The translations under genes were made by a program, and so were the position numbers. A stretch of 62,881 nt of DNA, counting the filler, from Octopus bimaculoides (lineage: Eukaryota): NCBI RefSeq assembly GCF_001194135.2. It is 7 parts of 7 records of this genome, joined end to end, with 100 filler letters (N's around TTAATTAATTAA, not from the genome) between each part and the next. Parts side by side here need not be neighbours in the genome. Positions count along the whole stretch, not along the records: positions 1 to 23,699 come from NC_068984.1; 6 more parts are not named here. One strand, given 5' to 3'. The notes under the pieces were generated by a model. It was not told the DNA's origin and ran no database searches. It saw only the letters and a program-made list of their open reading frames with translations. Shown one piece after another: positions 10,071 through 22,860 of this stretch. Every line of letters begins with the position of its first letter. The first letter of the stretch is position 1.

Positions 10071-10933
10071 AATCATAATAATGGCTGATCATAACAATGA
10101 CTGACCGGAAGTTAGAAATTCTTTTTTCAGGAGAGCTAAGAAAAGGGGGAGATAACGGTGTCGAAGNNNNNNNNNNNNNNNNNNNNNNNNNNNNNNNNNN
10201 NNNNNNNNNNNNNNNNNNNNNNNNNNNNNNNNNNNNNNNNNNNNNNNNNNNNNNNNNNNNNNNNNNNNNNNNNNNNNNNNNNNNNNNNNNNNNNNNNNNN
10301 NNNNNNNNNNNNNNNNNNNNNNNNNNNNNNNNNNNNNNNNNNNNNNNNNNNNNNNNNNNNNNNNNNNNNNNNNNNNNNNNNNNNNNNNNNNNNNNNNNNN
10401 NNNNNNNNNNNNNNNNNNNNNNNNNNNNNNNNNNNNNNNNNNNNNNNNNNNNNNNNNNNNNNNNNNNNNNNNNNNNNNNNNNNNNNNNNNNNNNNNNNNN
10501 NNNNNNNNNNNNNNNNNNNNNNNNNNNNNNNNNNNNNNNNNNNNNNNNNNNNNNNNNNNNNNNNNNNNNNNNNNNNNNNNNNNNNNNNNNNNNNNNNNNN
10601 NNNNNNNNNNNNNNNNNNNNNNNNNNNNNNNNNNNNNNNNNNNNNNNNNNNNNNNNNNNNNNNNNNNNNNNNNNNNNNNNNNNNNNNNNNNNNNNNNNNN
10701 NNNNNNNNNNNNNNNNNNNNNNNNNNNNNNNNNNNNNNNNNNNNNNNNNNNNNNNNNNNNNNNNNNNNNNNNNNNNNNNNNNNNNNNNNNNNNNNNNNNN
10801 NNNNNNNNNNNNNNNNNNNNNNNNNNNNNNNNNNNNNNNNNNNNNNNNNNNNNNNNNNNNNNNNNNNNNNNNNNNNNNNNNNNNNNNNNNNNNNNNNNNN
10901 NNNNNNNNNNNNNNNNNNNNNNNNNNNNNNNNN

Positions 10934-10983
<50 letters not shown>

Positions 10984-10994
10984 AATATGTACGT

Positions 10995-11302
10995 GGAAGT
11001 GCAATGGCCTAGTGGTTAGGGCAGCAGACTCGCGGTCATAGGATCACGGTTTCGATTCACGTTGTGAGGGTTTATTGACCGCAAGGTTCCGGCAGGGGGT
11101 GGTGGTGAACTCCGCTGTATTCTTTCACAACAACTTTCTCTCACTCTTTCTTCCCCTTTCTGTTGTACCTATATTTCAAAGGGCCTGCCTTGTCACACTC
11201 TGTGTCACGCTGAATCTGTTAAGGGTACACGTGTCTGTGGAATGCTCAGCCACTTGCACGTTAATTTCATCGGATCAACGTGAATCCTCGTCGTTGTAAC
11301 CA
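10995..11302 (+). mobile_element. SINE family B, internally deleted
   Basis: Aligns to 8118-8492. Confidence 0.85.
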
Positions 11303-11659
11303 CGTATATGTATATTTATACACATATATGTTAATCTGTACATTTGATAGCTTGCATAGTCAAATGCCGTAGAGTGTAAGTTATGTATATACTCTTCAGA
11401 ATATTTCTATATACATTCTTGAATATATTTAGTAGAATCAGTGGTTATTACACCCTGGGAATTTTCCAAAAATCTTAATTCAGACGGTATGTATTCCGCC
11501 CAGTGTTATCGTAGGAGTAAACCTGTTCTAAAATCCCAATCATGGAAGCAGGTGTCTCGAAGCGTCCTATTGCGGTTGCATATATTATTTTTCTGCATTC
11601 CATTTAATGATTATTATCTATTTTGTCTTATGTCTGGTATTAATTAGAAAGACATGGGG

Positions 11660-12665
11660 GCCGACGAACTGGCAGAATGGTTAGCGGTATTTCGCCCGTC
11701 GCTACGTTCTGAGTTCAAATTCCGCCGAGGTTGACTTTACCGTTCATCCTTTCGGGGTCCGTAAATTTCAAGCCTTCTGACTATAGTAGAAAAGATAATT
11801 ATTATTATTAATGTGGCTAAGTGGCGGAATCGTTAGCACGCTGGACGAAATGCTTAGCGGTATTTCGCCCGTCGCTGCGTTCTGAGTTCAAATTCCGCCT
11901 NNNNNNNNNNNNNNNNNNNNNNNNNNNNNNNNNNNNNNNNNNNNNNNNNNNNNNNNNNNNNNNNNNNNNNNNNNNNNNNNNNNNNNNNNNNNNNNNNNNN
12001 NNNNNNNNNNNNNNNNNNNNNNNNNNNNNNNNNNNNNNNNNNNNNNNNNNNNNNNNNNNNNNNNNNNNNNNNNNNNNNNNNNNNNNNNNNNNNNNNNNNN
12101 NGAATGGTTAGCGGTATTTCGCCCGTCGCTACGTTCTGAGTTCAAATTCCGCCGAGGTTGACTTTACCGTTCATCCTTTCGGGGTCCGTAAATTTCAAGC
12201 CTTCTGACTATAGTAGAAAAGATAATTATTATTATTAATGTGGCTAAGTGGCGGAATCGTTAGCACGCTGGACGAAATGCTTAGCGGTATTTCGCCCGTC
12301 GCTGCGTTCTGAGTTCAAATTCCGCCTAGGTTGATTTGCCTTTCATCTTTTCGGGGTCAATAAGTGATGTAACAGTTAACATACTGGGTCGATCTCATCG
12401 GCTGGCTCCTTCCCTAAAAATTTCGGGCGTTGTGCCTAGAGTAAAAAAGACAGGATTATTATTATTATTATTATTAATGCGGCGAAAAGGTGGCGAGCTG
12501 GCAGAATCGTTGCCGCGCCGGACAAAATGCGAGCGGCATTTCTTTCGGCTTTATGTTCTGAGTGCAAATTCCGCCGAGGTCGACTTTACCCTTTATCCTT
12601 TCGGAGTCCATAAATTAAGTACCAGTTGCCTACTAGGGTCGATCTTGTGCCTAGAGTAGAAGAGA
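11660..12665 (+). mobile_element. Cluster of Meta/MESC-like SINEs, partly duplicated across a gap
   Basis: Several heads and cores; ~11673-11899 is repeated at ~12102-12328. Confidence 0.8.
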
Positions 12666-12995
12666 ATATTCATACTTAAACCATGGGAACCGACGTAGCT
12701 ACGACCAATCAGTGTACCGAGTGAGGTATCTGCATTTGTTTGGCGCTTGTTTCTCTGTTTCAATATCTGTTGTCCAAGAATACTATTGATTCATTTTCCT
12801 TCGTCTTATTTGGTCGAATGTGGATTCAGTGCAGTTGACAATTTACTGCATGCCAAGAGAAGCCGGCTTGAAGTTACAAAACGTGGCGATATACGGCTGA
12901 AGTTAACGAAATTGTTTCCTGAAATCAAGGATCTATGCCGTATGCATCAGGCAGAGGGTTCTCACTAAATGAGTCGAGGTATCCATCAGCCAGGT

Positions 12996-13376
12996 TGTTG
13001 GCACTGCGTCGCTTACGACGTCGAGGGTTCCAGTTGATCCGATCAACGGAACAGCCTGCTCGTGAAATTAACGTGCAAGTGGCTGAGCACTCCACAGACA
13101 CGTGTACCCTTAACGTAGTTCTCGGGGATATTCAGCGTGACACAGTGTGACAAGACTGGCCCTTTGAATTACAGGCATAACAGAAACAGGAAGTAAGAGT
13201 GAGAGAAAGTTGTGGTGAAAGAGTAGAGCAGGGTTCGCCACCATCCCCTGCCGGAGCCTCGTGGAGCTTTAGGTGTTTTCGCTCAATAAACACTCACAAC
13301 GCCCGGTCTGGGAATCGAAACCGCGATCCTATGACCGCGAGTCCGCTACCCTAACCACTGGGTCATTGCGCCTCCT
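12996..13376 (-). mobile_element. SINE family B, full length, with 11-bp TSD
   Basis: Reverse complement of 8118-8492; atcagccaggt at 12985-12995 and 13377-13387. Confidence 0.9.
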
Positions 13377-13860
13377 ATCAGCCAGGTAATTAAATTAAAA
13401 ATCGCATTTCTATATTAAAAAAAAAAAAAAACCGTNNNNNNNNNNTCGAGGGTTCCAGTTGATCCGATCAACGGAACAGCCTGCTCGTGAAATTAACGTG
13501 CAAGTGGCTGAGCACTCCACAGACACGTGTACCCTTAACGTAGTTCTCGGGGATATTCAGCGTGACACAGTGTGACAAGACTGGCCCTTTGAATTACAGG
13601 CATAACAGAAACAGGAAGTAAGAGTGAGAGAAAGTTGTGGTGAAAGAGTAGAGCAGGGTTCGCCACCATCCCCTGCCGGAGCCTCGTGGAGCTTTAGGTG
13701 TTTTCGCTCAATAAACACTCACAACGCCCGGTCTGGGAATCGAAACCGCGATCCTATGACCGCGAGTCCGCTACCCTAACCACTGGGTCATTGCGCCTCC
13801 TATCAGCCAGGTAATTAAATTAAAAATCGCATTTCTATATTAAAAAAAAAAAAAAACCGT
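13021..13860. other. Identical 415-bp duplication across a 10-N gap (assembly overlap artefact)
   Basis: 13021-13435 = 13446-13860. Confidence 0.85.
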
Positions 13861-14536
13861 TAACGGGCGCCAGATTTTTTGTTATTAAAAAGTGGGGCGC
13901 TAGAAAATAGGTTGGGAAACACTGCTCTAGAGTGAAAACAGATCAATGAAACCCCAACCAAGCAGTATTTAAACTCATGATATAAAACGATGGAATTAAC
14001 TATCGCAAATTGTTCTCTCTAACTTGCAATCAATTCTTGCACATCAGCGTTCTCAGATGTTTAACAATAAGCATCTAGAGCAAAACATCCACTTATTTGT
14101 CAACAAGTCTTAAACCAAACAACAATAAAAAAATTCTTGCATATTTCTTTGTTGTTCTAGAATCTCCTTTGAATTTCCGGCAGCACCAATCCTTAAAGGA
14201 GACTTGTTTTTCTATTATCAACAAGAAACATGCCAATTCATGTCTACTTATACGCTTATTTGACTTCATTTGTTTTTCTGGAAACAATGCAGAAAGGGAG
14301 GATGGGTTGATGGAAGTATTTGATTCTTATTCAAATACTTGTTGCAAGTTGCAGGTTCAAGAACCACTAGAGATTGAGTATATTTCCATGATTACTCCAC
14401 GGGAGGTTCTACGATAGTGTAATGCTAGCATTCTTGTCGCGAAAACAAAGAGGTGTGAGTTCGAAACCCACGCATACGGGAAAACCTACTTTTTTTCCAG
14501 CGAGACCTCATATACCCAATTATTAGACTATTTTGT

Positions 14537-14660
14537 GGAGGCGCAATGGCCCACTGGTTAGGGCAGCGGACTCGCGGTCACAGGATCGCGGTTTCGATTC
14601 CTAGNNNNNNNNNNATCAACTGGAACCCTCGACATCGTAAGCGACGGAGTGCCAACAACA
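14537..14660 (+). mobile_element. SINE family B with middle lost in gap
   Basis: Head and (caa) tail match family B. Confidence 0.8.
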
Positions 14661-14749
14661 GCTCCGGATTGAGCAAACCCTTTACGTGTTTTCATTTCCA
14701 GGAATAGTTTATCTCGTGCTATATCATACAATATATAAATTACAAAGCG

Positions 14750-16030
14750 GTGAGCTGGCGGAATAGTTACCACGTCGGACAGAATGTTTAGAGGTATTTC
14801 GTCCGTCTTTACGTTCTGAGTTCAAATTCTTCCGAGGTCGACATTGCTTTATTAGCCTTTCGGAGTTGATAAATTAAGTACCAGTGAAATATTGGGGTCG
14901 ACGTGATTGCCTAGTCCCCTACCCCATAATTTCAGGCCTTGTGCCTTTAGTAGAAAGGATTATTAAGGCGGCAAGCTGGCGGAAACGTTAGCGCGCCGGG
15001 CGAAATGCTTAGCGGTATTTCGTTTGTCTTTACGTTCTGAGTTCAAATTCCGCCTAGGTCGACTTTACCTTTCATCCTTTCGGGGTCGATAAAGTTAAGT
15101 ACCAGTTGCGTACTGGTTCGATCTAATCGACTGGCCCCCTTCCCCCCAAATTTCGAGCCTTGTGCCTAGAGAATCGTTAGTACACCGGGCGAAATGCTTA
15201 GCGGCGTTTCGTTCGTCCTTACGTTCTGAGTTCAAATTCCGCCGAGGTCGACTTTGCCTTTCATCCTTTAGGGGTCGATTAGATAGATACCAGTTACACA
15301 CTGCGGTCGATGTAATCGAATTACCCACTTCCCTAAGATTTCAAGCCTTGTGACTATAGTAGAAAGGATTTTTATTGTTATTAATGTGATGAGCTGGCAG
15401 AAACGTTAGCACGTCGGACGAAATGCTTAGCAGTATTTCGTCTGCCGTTACATTCTGAGTTCAAATTCCGCCGAGGTCAACTTTGCCTTTCATCCTTTCG
15501 GAGTCGATGAATTAAGTACCAGTTACGAACTGGAGGTCGATGTAATTGAATAAACCCCTTTGTTTGTCCTTGTTTGTCCCCTCTATGTTTAGCCCCTTGT
15601 GGGCAATAAAGAAATAAGAAACGTTAGCACGCCGGGCGAAATGCTTAGTGGTATTTCGTCTGTCTTTACGTTCTGAGTTCAAATTCCGCCGAGGTCGACT
15701 TTACCTTTCATCCTTTCGGGGTCGATAAATTAAGTACCAGTTACGCACTGGGGAGTCGATGTAATAGACTTAATTCCTTTGTCTGTCCTTGTTTGTCCCC
15801 TCTATTGTGGGCAATAAAGAAATAAGAATCGTTAACACGCCGAAGAAAATGCCTAGCAGTATTTCACCTGTCTTTGTGTTCTGAATTAAAGTTTTGCCGA
15901 GGTTGACTTAATGTTTCATCGTTGCTGGTCGATAAAATTAAATTCCAATTGAGCATTGGGGTCACTGCAATCGATTAGCCCTCCCATCCCCCAAATTTCA
16001 GGTCTCGTGCTTATAGTAGAAAGGGCTATT
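14750..16030 (+). mobile_element. Head-to-tail array of six Meta/MESC-like SINEs
   Basis: The gagttcaaattccgccgaggtcgactttgcctttcatcctttcggggtcgataa core recurs about every 210 bp. Confidence 0.9.
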
Positions 16031-17249
16031 ATTCTTGTTTGGATTTGTTGATTTCGTTTCGTTTTGCTATTCGGGTTTAGGTTTTATTTGTGAAGCGAGT
16101 TCTACTGTTTTTGTTTACCTTAAACTGTTTTAAACGGAAGTTCGAGTTAAATTTCCTGTTTTCTCATCCACTTTGGTGTGGAGTGATGTGAGGTGGAGTG
16201 GGGTGAAATAAGGGATTTTCGTTTTTTTGTCATTTAAAAAATTTCTGGTTGGGATAACATTCGAAAAAAAAAAAATGCAACGCACAGTGTTTTCGATGAT
16301 GTTAGGGGAGTGAGAATCTTACGGTTGAGACCGTAGCCTTGCGTACATAAACGATTGTAAAGAAAACAAACCTTCATTCAATAAAAAACAATTTATAAAA
16401 ATATGAACAAAAGAGAAAAAATAGAGTTTGAAAAGAAGATAAAGAATAAAGTCAGCTTGAGAAATGTCGATTGTAACAACACTAGAGTTTTAAAAAAAAA
16501 TTACATGATCTCTTTCACTGCTAACGAAATAATAGCGCAACAACAGGAAACTTGGCAGTTGTTGATCACACACAAACCAAAACAAAAACGTTTTTTTGCC
16601 AGCGTAACTGGAGGGAACTAGATTTAATGTCTTTCAAGGTAGGCCTTGAAAGACAAGGATTCTTGGGTAGATGAGTTCGTCGAGAAGAGGGAATAGAGAA
16701 CAGAGAAGTACTTCTGTGTTTCATTGAAGATTAGTCGGGACTGCAACATGCCCACGGAAGGAAATCTGAAAAAGTTCAAGCCGATGTGGTAGAAAGCCTG
16801 TTACATAGGTCAGAGCCAAAGTTTCGGTACCATAAACCTGGGAATGAAAATAACAGAAGTTTATGCTTGTTGAACATATTTAGAACAACCCTAGTCCCAT
16901 GTAATATATTGTGGAGAGGGTCATGTTTAAACCTGGGCCTGATGTGGTGCCCCACGTGACGGTAAGTGTTCGATATAGTTCCACAGGCCAGCAACGATCA
17001 GGTATTAAACGAGTGCATGCAGAACAATTTTGTCACTCTGATAGCATCTCAGACGGGACTGGTTGACGGTTCTTCCTTGCCGATGGAGTTTGTCTCGAAA
17101 AGGCAATGCCTCTCGTTAGCACTGCCAGTTAAGGGTCTCCTGGAAATTATTCTTCGGCTCAAGTCCAAAAATCCACATGGGACAGACCATTCGAGTGATT
17201 TTCGTCGACGCCTAGATTTCTCCGAGAACGTCATCTTTCTTACCCACCA

Positions 17250-17350
17250 CTCAATTCTATATATAACGCCAACGTGGAATCTTCACCTGAATAAAGAGTC
17301 GACCTCGGCGGAATTTGAACTCAGAACGTAAAGACAGACGAAATACCGTC
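17250..17350 (-). mobile_element. Meta/MESC-like SINE head fragment
   Basis: gtcgacctcggcggaatttgaactcagaacgtaaagacagacgaaatacc. Confidence 0.8.
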
Positions 17351-18324
17351 TTAAGAAAACATCTCTTATAGACGCATAGAGTTGAAAACACAGAAAGATA
17401 GCAGCAGCAGGCGAAAATCGTCGAGCGGCATTGATGGTATAAATAAATAAGTATTTCTGCTTCTTTGAGCTTTATCAATAACAAGTATCTACTATTGTTT
17501 TAAAATGATTTTTCAAACTCCTTGGAATCAAAACAGTGATACTGAATAAGATTTAATATTGGTTGTGCTGTGGTTTCGTTTTTTTTTTTTCCTGATATGC
17601 AAAGGTTTTCTGCCTGTTTGAAAGACTCATCTGGTTTTCTATAGGATGGTTAAATCCTCGCCTGTAACGCTGTTGGGTGGGACTCCATTAATTTCTCATG
17701 AAGGCAAATACTGATGAAAGAATAAGTCGTTCAAAAAATGACATCATAAAATTACTTGGTTTTATTTGGAGCTTGTTTTTCGTTTCTTCCTTTTCTTCCA
17801 GCTTTCTCAGTCGTTGACACNNNNNNNNNNNNNNNNNNNNNNNNNNNNNNNNNNNNNNNNNNNNNNNNNNNNNNNNNNNNNNNNNNNNNNNNNNNNNNNN
17901 NNNNNNNNNNNNNNNNNNNNNNNNNNNNNNNNNNNNNNNNNNNNNNNNNNNNNNNNNNNNNNNNNNNNNNNNNNNNNNNNNNNNNNNNNNNNNNNNNNNN
18001 NNNNNNNNNNNNNNNNNNNNNNNNNNNNNNNNNNNNNNNNNNNNNNNNNNNNNNNNNNNNNNNNNNNNNNNNNNNNNNNNNNNNNNNNNNNNNNNNNNNN
18101 NNNNNNNNNNNNNNNNNNNNNNNNNNNNNNNNNNNNNNNNNNNNNNNNNNNNNNNNNNNNNNNNNNNNNNNNNNNNNNNNNNNNNNNNNNNNNNNNNNNN
18201 NNNNNNNNNNNNNNNNNNNNNNNNNNNNNNNNNNNNNNNNNNNNNNNNNNNNNNNNNNNNNNNNNNNNNNNNNNNNNNNNNNNNNNNNNNNNNNNNNNNN
18301 NNNNNNTGTGTGTGTGTATGTATG

Positions 18325-18525
18325 TGTGTGTGTGTTCCCCCAGCATCGCTTGACAACCGATGCTGGTGTGTTTACGTCCCCGTAACTTAGCGGTTCGGCA
18401 AAAGAGACCGATAGAATAAGTACTAGGCTTAAAAGAATAAGTCATGGGGTCTATTTGCTCGACTAAAGGCGGTGCTCCAGCATGGCCACAGTCAAATGAC
18501 TGAAACAAGTAAAAGAGTAAAAAAG
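18325..18525 (+). mobile_element. SINE family A 3' half
   Basis: catcgcttgacaaccgatgctggtg...gctccagcatggcc.cagtcaaatgactgaaacaagtaaaaga; the head is probably in the gap. Confidence 0.9.
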
Positions 18526-18689
18526 TTATCGCCAGTCCAAATATGCATGAAGCACAAGCAAACGTGCCTGGTGTCTGAACGAAAAGGAGACACTACTCCG
18601 AAATGCTAGCATCTTACAATCTGTTAACTGATCTAGGTGTAGCCACACCATTTGTCAACAGCGAGAAATTTTCTCCATGACAAAACACA

Positions 18690-18924
18690 ATGACTGGCTT
18701 GTTCCCTATGGAGCTACGGCCATGCTGGGGTACCACACAGAAGGTTTAGTGGGACAAATAAACTTCAGTCTTACTTTTTTAAAGCATTCTATCGGTGTCT
18801 TTTGTCGAACTTCTAAGTTACGGGAACGTGAATAAATCAAAACATGTTGTCTAGCTGTAGGGAGTACAAGCACAAAGACACACACGCCCTCCCCACGCAC
18901 ACACGCGTAACACGCAGGCAACAT

Positions 18925-18971
<47 letters not shown>

Positions 18972-19175
18972 CATACGCCCCTCCACGTACATATATGACA
19001 GTTTCCACATATATGACAGTTTCCACATATATGACAGTTTCCACTAATGCCTTTACGAGGCATTAGTCGGCCCGGGTTATAGTAAAAGACACATGACCAA
19101 AGTGCTACACACTGGCACAGAGATCGAAAACTCGTAGCTGCAAAGCGAGCTTCTTAATCACATAGCCATGTTTGC
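18690..19175 (-). mobile_element. SINE family A (diverged) with internal (GCAC)n and an 18-bp triplication
   Basis: Tail, (gcac)n, (catatatgacagtttcca)x3, then CORE/tRNA head on the minus strand. Confidence 0.75.
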
Positions 19176-19534
19176 ACTTACTGGCGTTTATATCAACAGG
19201 TCTGTGAATTAATAACGAGTATTTTTTAAAAAACACAAAGCCTGAGCCATGCATTATTCATTAGACTCATGCAGTTTGTTTTCGAGAAATTAATAATAAA
19301 AGAGTAAGAGGAAATGAGTCATGTGATCCACTTATGAAAACGTGAGTTGGTGCCTAAATGTATTGATATGGAGCCATAAATGGACAAGTGATATCGGTGT
19401 TTATGCGTGTGTGTAGGTGTCTGCGAAGAATATACATACATACATACATACATACACGTGCACACATACATGCATACATACATACATACATACATACATA
19501 CATACATACACATGCACACACATACAGATATATG

Positions 19535-19760
19535 CGAGGGGGTACTGAAAAGTTCTCGGCTTTGAGTAAAGGAAAATACAGGAGGATCATTTAAGTATGA
19601 ATTTATTCAATATATCCCCTTCTCAGATTCACACACTTATTGCAGCAGTCATTCAGTTTTTAAAGCTCTGTAAAAGAGCTCGGAAGTTTGGGCCTCCAAT
19701 CCTTTTTGGAGCTAGCGGTCAATGATGACGGCTGGCTGGACAAAGGTAGTGAGACAGGAG
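19535..19760. mobile_element. Mariner terminal fragment
   Basis: Starts cgagggggtactgaaaagtt, resembling a mariner CGAGG TIR. Confidence 0.55.
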
Positions 19761-20441
19761 AGCTAGGAAGAAGGGGAGATAATAAAGTATTGGTGATCCC
19801 AAAACGAAGGTGCGCATGCGTCTGTACGTGAGAGTGTGTAAGTATGTGCGTGTAGATAGGGGCTGGAGACTTTGACGTCTGGATGTGTGCGTGTGTGTGT
19901 GTGCGCGTCTGTAATGTGTGGGTGTGTGGATGATGGTGTGGGTGCTGGGAAGTGGTCAGTGCTAGTGTGTGCGGGCTGGTGTGATGTGGTGTGGTGACGT
20001 GTGGTGTGGTGTGACATGATGTAGTGTGGTAGTGTGTGGTATGGTGTGGCGGTGTTGGGCTGTGGGGATGCGAGGGTGGAGTGTAGGTTTGAGGTGAGAA
20101 TGTGGGGAAGGGGCACACACACACAGGCCTGTTTCAAAAAAATTTCTAAAAATAATTTTTTTATGGGGATATGCTGTCCAAGGGACACTAGTTTTGCGCT
20201 ACTATCGATTGTTAATTCTAGTTATCGTTCGTGTGTTTATGTATTAATGTTTATGGTTTATGCCCAGAAGAAGCCATTGTTTATTTATTACATCATAACG
20301 CACTTCAAGGTGCAAGTATGGAGACAAACAAATAGCTGAAACGTCACGTAGGCAAAAAAAAGAGAACTAAATATGACTGCGCAATTATTAAAAAACTGAA
20401 TATTCTATGTGTATTCTGTGCTTTCTTTGAACTATTATATA

Positions 20442-21089
20442 TATGGCCTCTGCCAGGGGTGTAGCCAGCCCACTTATGCGTACCTTTCCTTCATTGGACA
20501 CTAAACTCCGCTTGCGAAAACCTGTTGAGGCAAGTGAAATCAAAATCGAACCAAATTCGACGACTGGCACCCATGGCAACCTCTCCTTCATTGGACACTA
20601 AACTCTGCTTGCGAAGACCTGTTGGGGAAAGTGAAATCGAAATCGTGATGGCACCTGTACCAGTGGAGCGCTAAGAGCACAGTCCGAGCGTGATCATTGC
20701 TAGAGCAGCTGTCTGGCTTCCGTGCCAGTGGCATGTAAATAGCACCATTTGAGCGTCGCCTTACTGGCGCTTGTGCCGGTGGCACGTGAAAAAACATTCG
20801 AGCGAGGTCGTTGCCAGTGCCGCTGGACTGACTCCTGTTCAGGTGGCACGTAAAATGCACCATTTTGAGCGTGGCCGTTGCCAGTACCGGCTGACTAGCC
20901 TTCGTGCCGGTGGCACGTAAAAGCAACCACTACACTCTCGGTGTGGTTGGCGTTAGGAAGGGCATCCAGATGTAGAAACTCTGCTAAATCAGATTGGAGC
21001 CTAGTGTAGCCATCTGGTTCACCAGTCCTCAGTCAAATCGTCCAACCCATGCTAGCATGGAAAGCGGACGTTAAATGATGATGATGATC
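20442..21089 (+). mobile_element. Nonautonomous retroelement with RTE-type 3' tail and internal tandem repeats
   Basis: ggttggcgttaggaagggcatccag and aacccatgctagcatggaaagcggacgttaaa(tga)n; a related copy lies at 44465-44725. Confidence 0.75.
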
Positions 21090-21107
21090 ATATATATATG
21101 CACACAC

Positions 21108-21157
<50 letters not shown>

Positions 21158-21529
21158 ACGTACGTTTATATACTTATATAAAATATAGAACAATAAACCA
21201 AATAATATAAAGAAAGACGTATAAGAAAGATATAAAAGAAATCGTAGACAGAAAGCTCGAAGGTCAAACATCGGACTATCAAATATTTCATTGTTTATTG
21301 AACATTGCTAACAAATATATGAAAAAGCGTAAAGATTTAAATAGTACACTAAACTACGTTAAAGAGAATGGATAAATAGAAGCTAAGAATTATTACCGGA
21401 AACCTATTAGGTAACTGGTTTAAAATATGAAAATGTAGTTTTAGTATAATGCGAGAATTTCGCATTATATATACGTATGTTTGCATATACATGTCTATAT
21501 ATGTGTATATGTGTGTGTGTATATATATG

Positions 21530-21566
<37 letters not shown>

Positions 21567-22489
21567 NNNNNNNNNNNNNNNNNNNNNNNNNNNNNNNNNN
21601 NNNNNNNNNNNNNNNNNNNNNNNNNNNNNNNNNNNNNNNNNNNNNNNNNNNNNNNNNNNNNNNNNNNNNNNNNNNNNNNNNNNNNNNNNNNNNNNNNNNN
21701 NNNNNNNNNNNNNNNNNNNNNNNNNNNNNNNNNNNNNNNNNNNNNNNNNNNNNNNNNNNNNNNNNNNNNNNNNNNNNNNNNNNNNNNNNNNNNNNNNNNN
21801 NNNNNNNNNNNNNNNNNNNNNNNNNNNNNNNNNNNNNNNNNNNNNNNNNNNNNNNNNNNNNNNNNNNNNNNNNNNNNNNNNNNNNNNNNNNNNNNNNNNN
21901 NNNNNNNNNNNNNNNNNNNNNNNNNNNNNNNNNNNNNNNNNNNNNNNNNNNNNNNNNNNNNNNNNNNNNNNNNNNNNNNNNNNNNNNNNNNNNNNNNNNN
22001 NNNNNNNNNNNNNNNNNNNNNNNNNNNNNNNNNNNNNNNNNNNNNNNNNNNNNNNNNNNNNNNNNNNNNNNNNNNNNNNNNNNNNNNNNNNNNNNNNNNN
22101 NNNNNNNNNNNNNNNNNNNNNNNNNNNNNNNNNNNNNNNNNNNNNNNNNNNNNNNNNNNNNNNNNNNNNNNNNNNNNNNNNNNNNNNNNNNNNNNNNNNN
22201 NNNNNNNNNNNNNNNNNNNNNNNNNNNNNNNNNNNNNNNNNNNNNNNNNNNNNNNNNNNNNNNNNNNNNNNNNNNNNNNNNNNNNNNNNNNNNNNNNNNN
22301 NNNNATATACACACACATACATATATATATATGTTTCGAAGAGTTAGGGCAGGACGCATTGTTAGAATGGCTCTTCCCACGGGCCACAAATTAAATTTGT
22401 AACGTGGACGAATGTAGTGGCGGACAGAAAACAAGACAGGAAAACGGAACAATGAATATATATAAATACACACACACACACACATGCAT

Positions 22490-22805
22490 GTCTTTTATTT
22501 TTTTCTTTTACTTGGTTCACTCATTTGACTGCGGCCACGCTGGGTCACAACCGTGAAGGGTTTTCGTCGAGCAAGTCGATCTCAGGACTTTTTGAAGCCT
22601 AGTATTTATTCTGTCACTCTCTTTTGCTGAACCGGTAAGTTACGGGGACATAGACACACGAACACCGATTGTCAAGCAGTGATGGTGGACAAACACAGAC
22701 ATAAACGCGCACGCACACACACACACAACAGGATTCTTTCAGTTTCCGTCACCGAAATCGACTCACAGGACTTTGGTCGGCGTACGACTGTAGTAGAAGA
22801 CACTT
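22490..22805 (-). mobile_element. SINE family A, lacking the tRNA head
   Basis: Reverse complement of family A tail, internal (CA)n and part of CORE. Confidence 0.8.
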
Positions 22806-22860
22806 ATAAACACATACAAACACACACACGCACACCCACACACCCACACCGACCCCCCTA

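Larger units (their letters stand above)
12770..13924 (+). mobile_element. hAT (Charlie/Buster-like) transposon 3' part: dimerization domain plus right TIR
   Basis: FPSSYLVECGFSAV..LL..KRSRLEVTKRGDIRLKLT...HQAEGSH* is a hAT C-terminus; the end ggttgggaaacactg is followed by ctctagag (NTCTAGAN-type target). Confidence 0.85.

Noticed and set aside
11673-12328. Apparent tandem duplication of two SINEs
   Set aside because: An identical ~227-bp copy on both sides of a gap is most likely a contig overlap artefact.
13021-13860. 415-bp perfect tandem duplication
   Set aside because: Separated by a 10-N placeholder and 100% identical, so it is an assembly artefact.
16640-17245. GC-richer segment with a 121-aa ORF, faintly like a Tx1 endonuclease
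   Set aside because: The diagnostic motifs (QE, YAP, GDFN) are absent, so I could not assign it.
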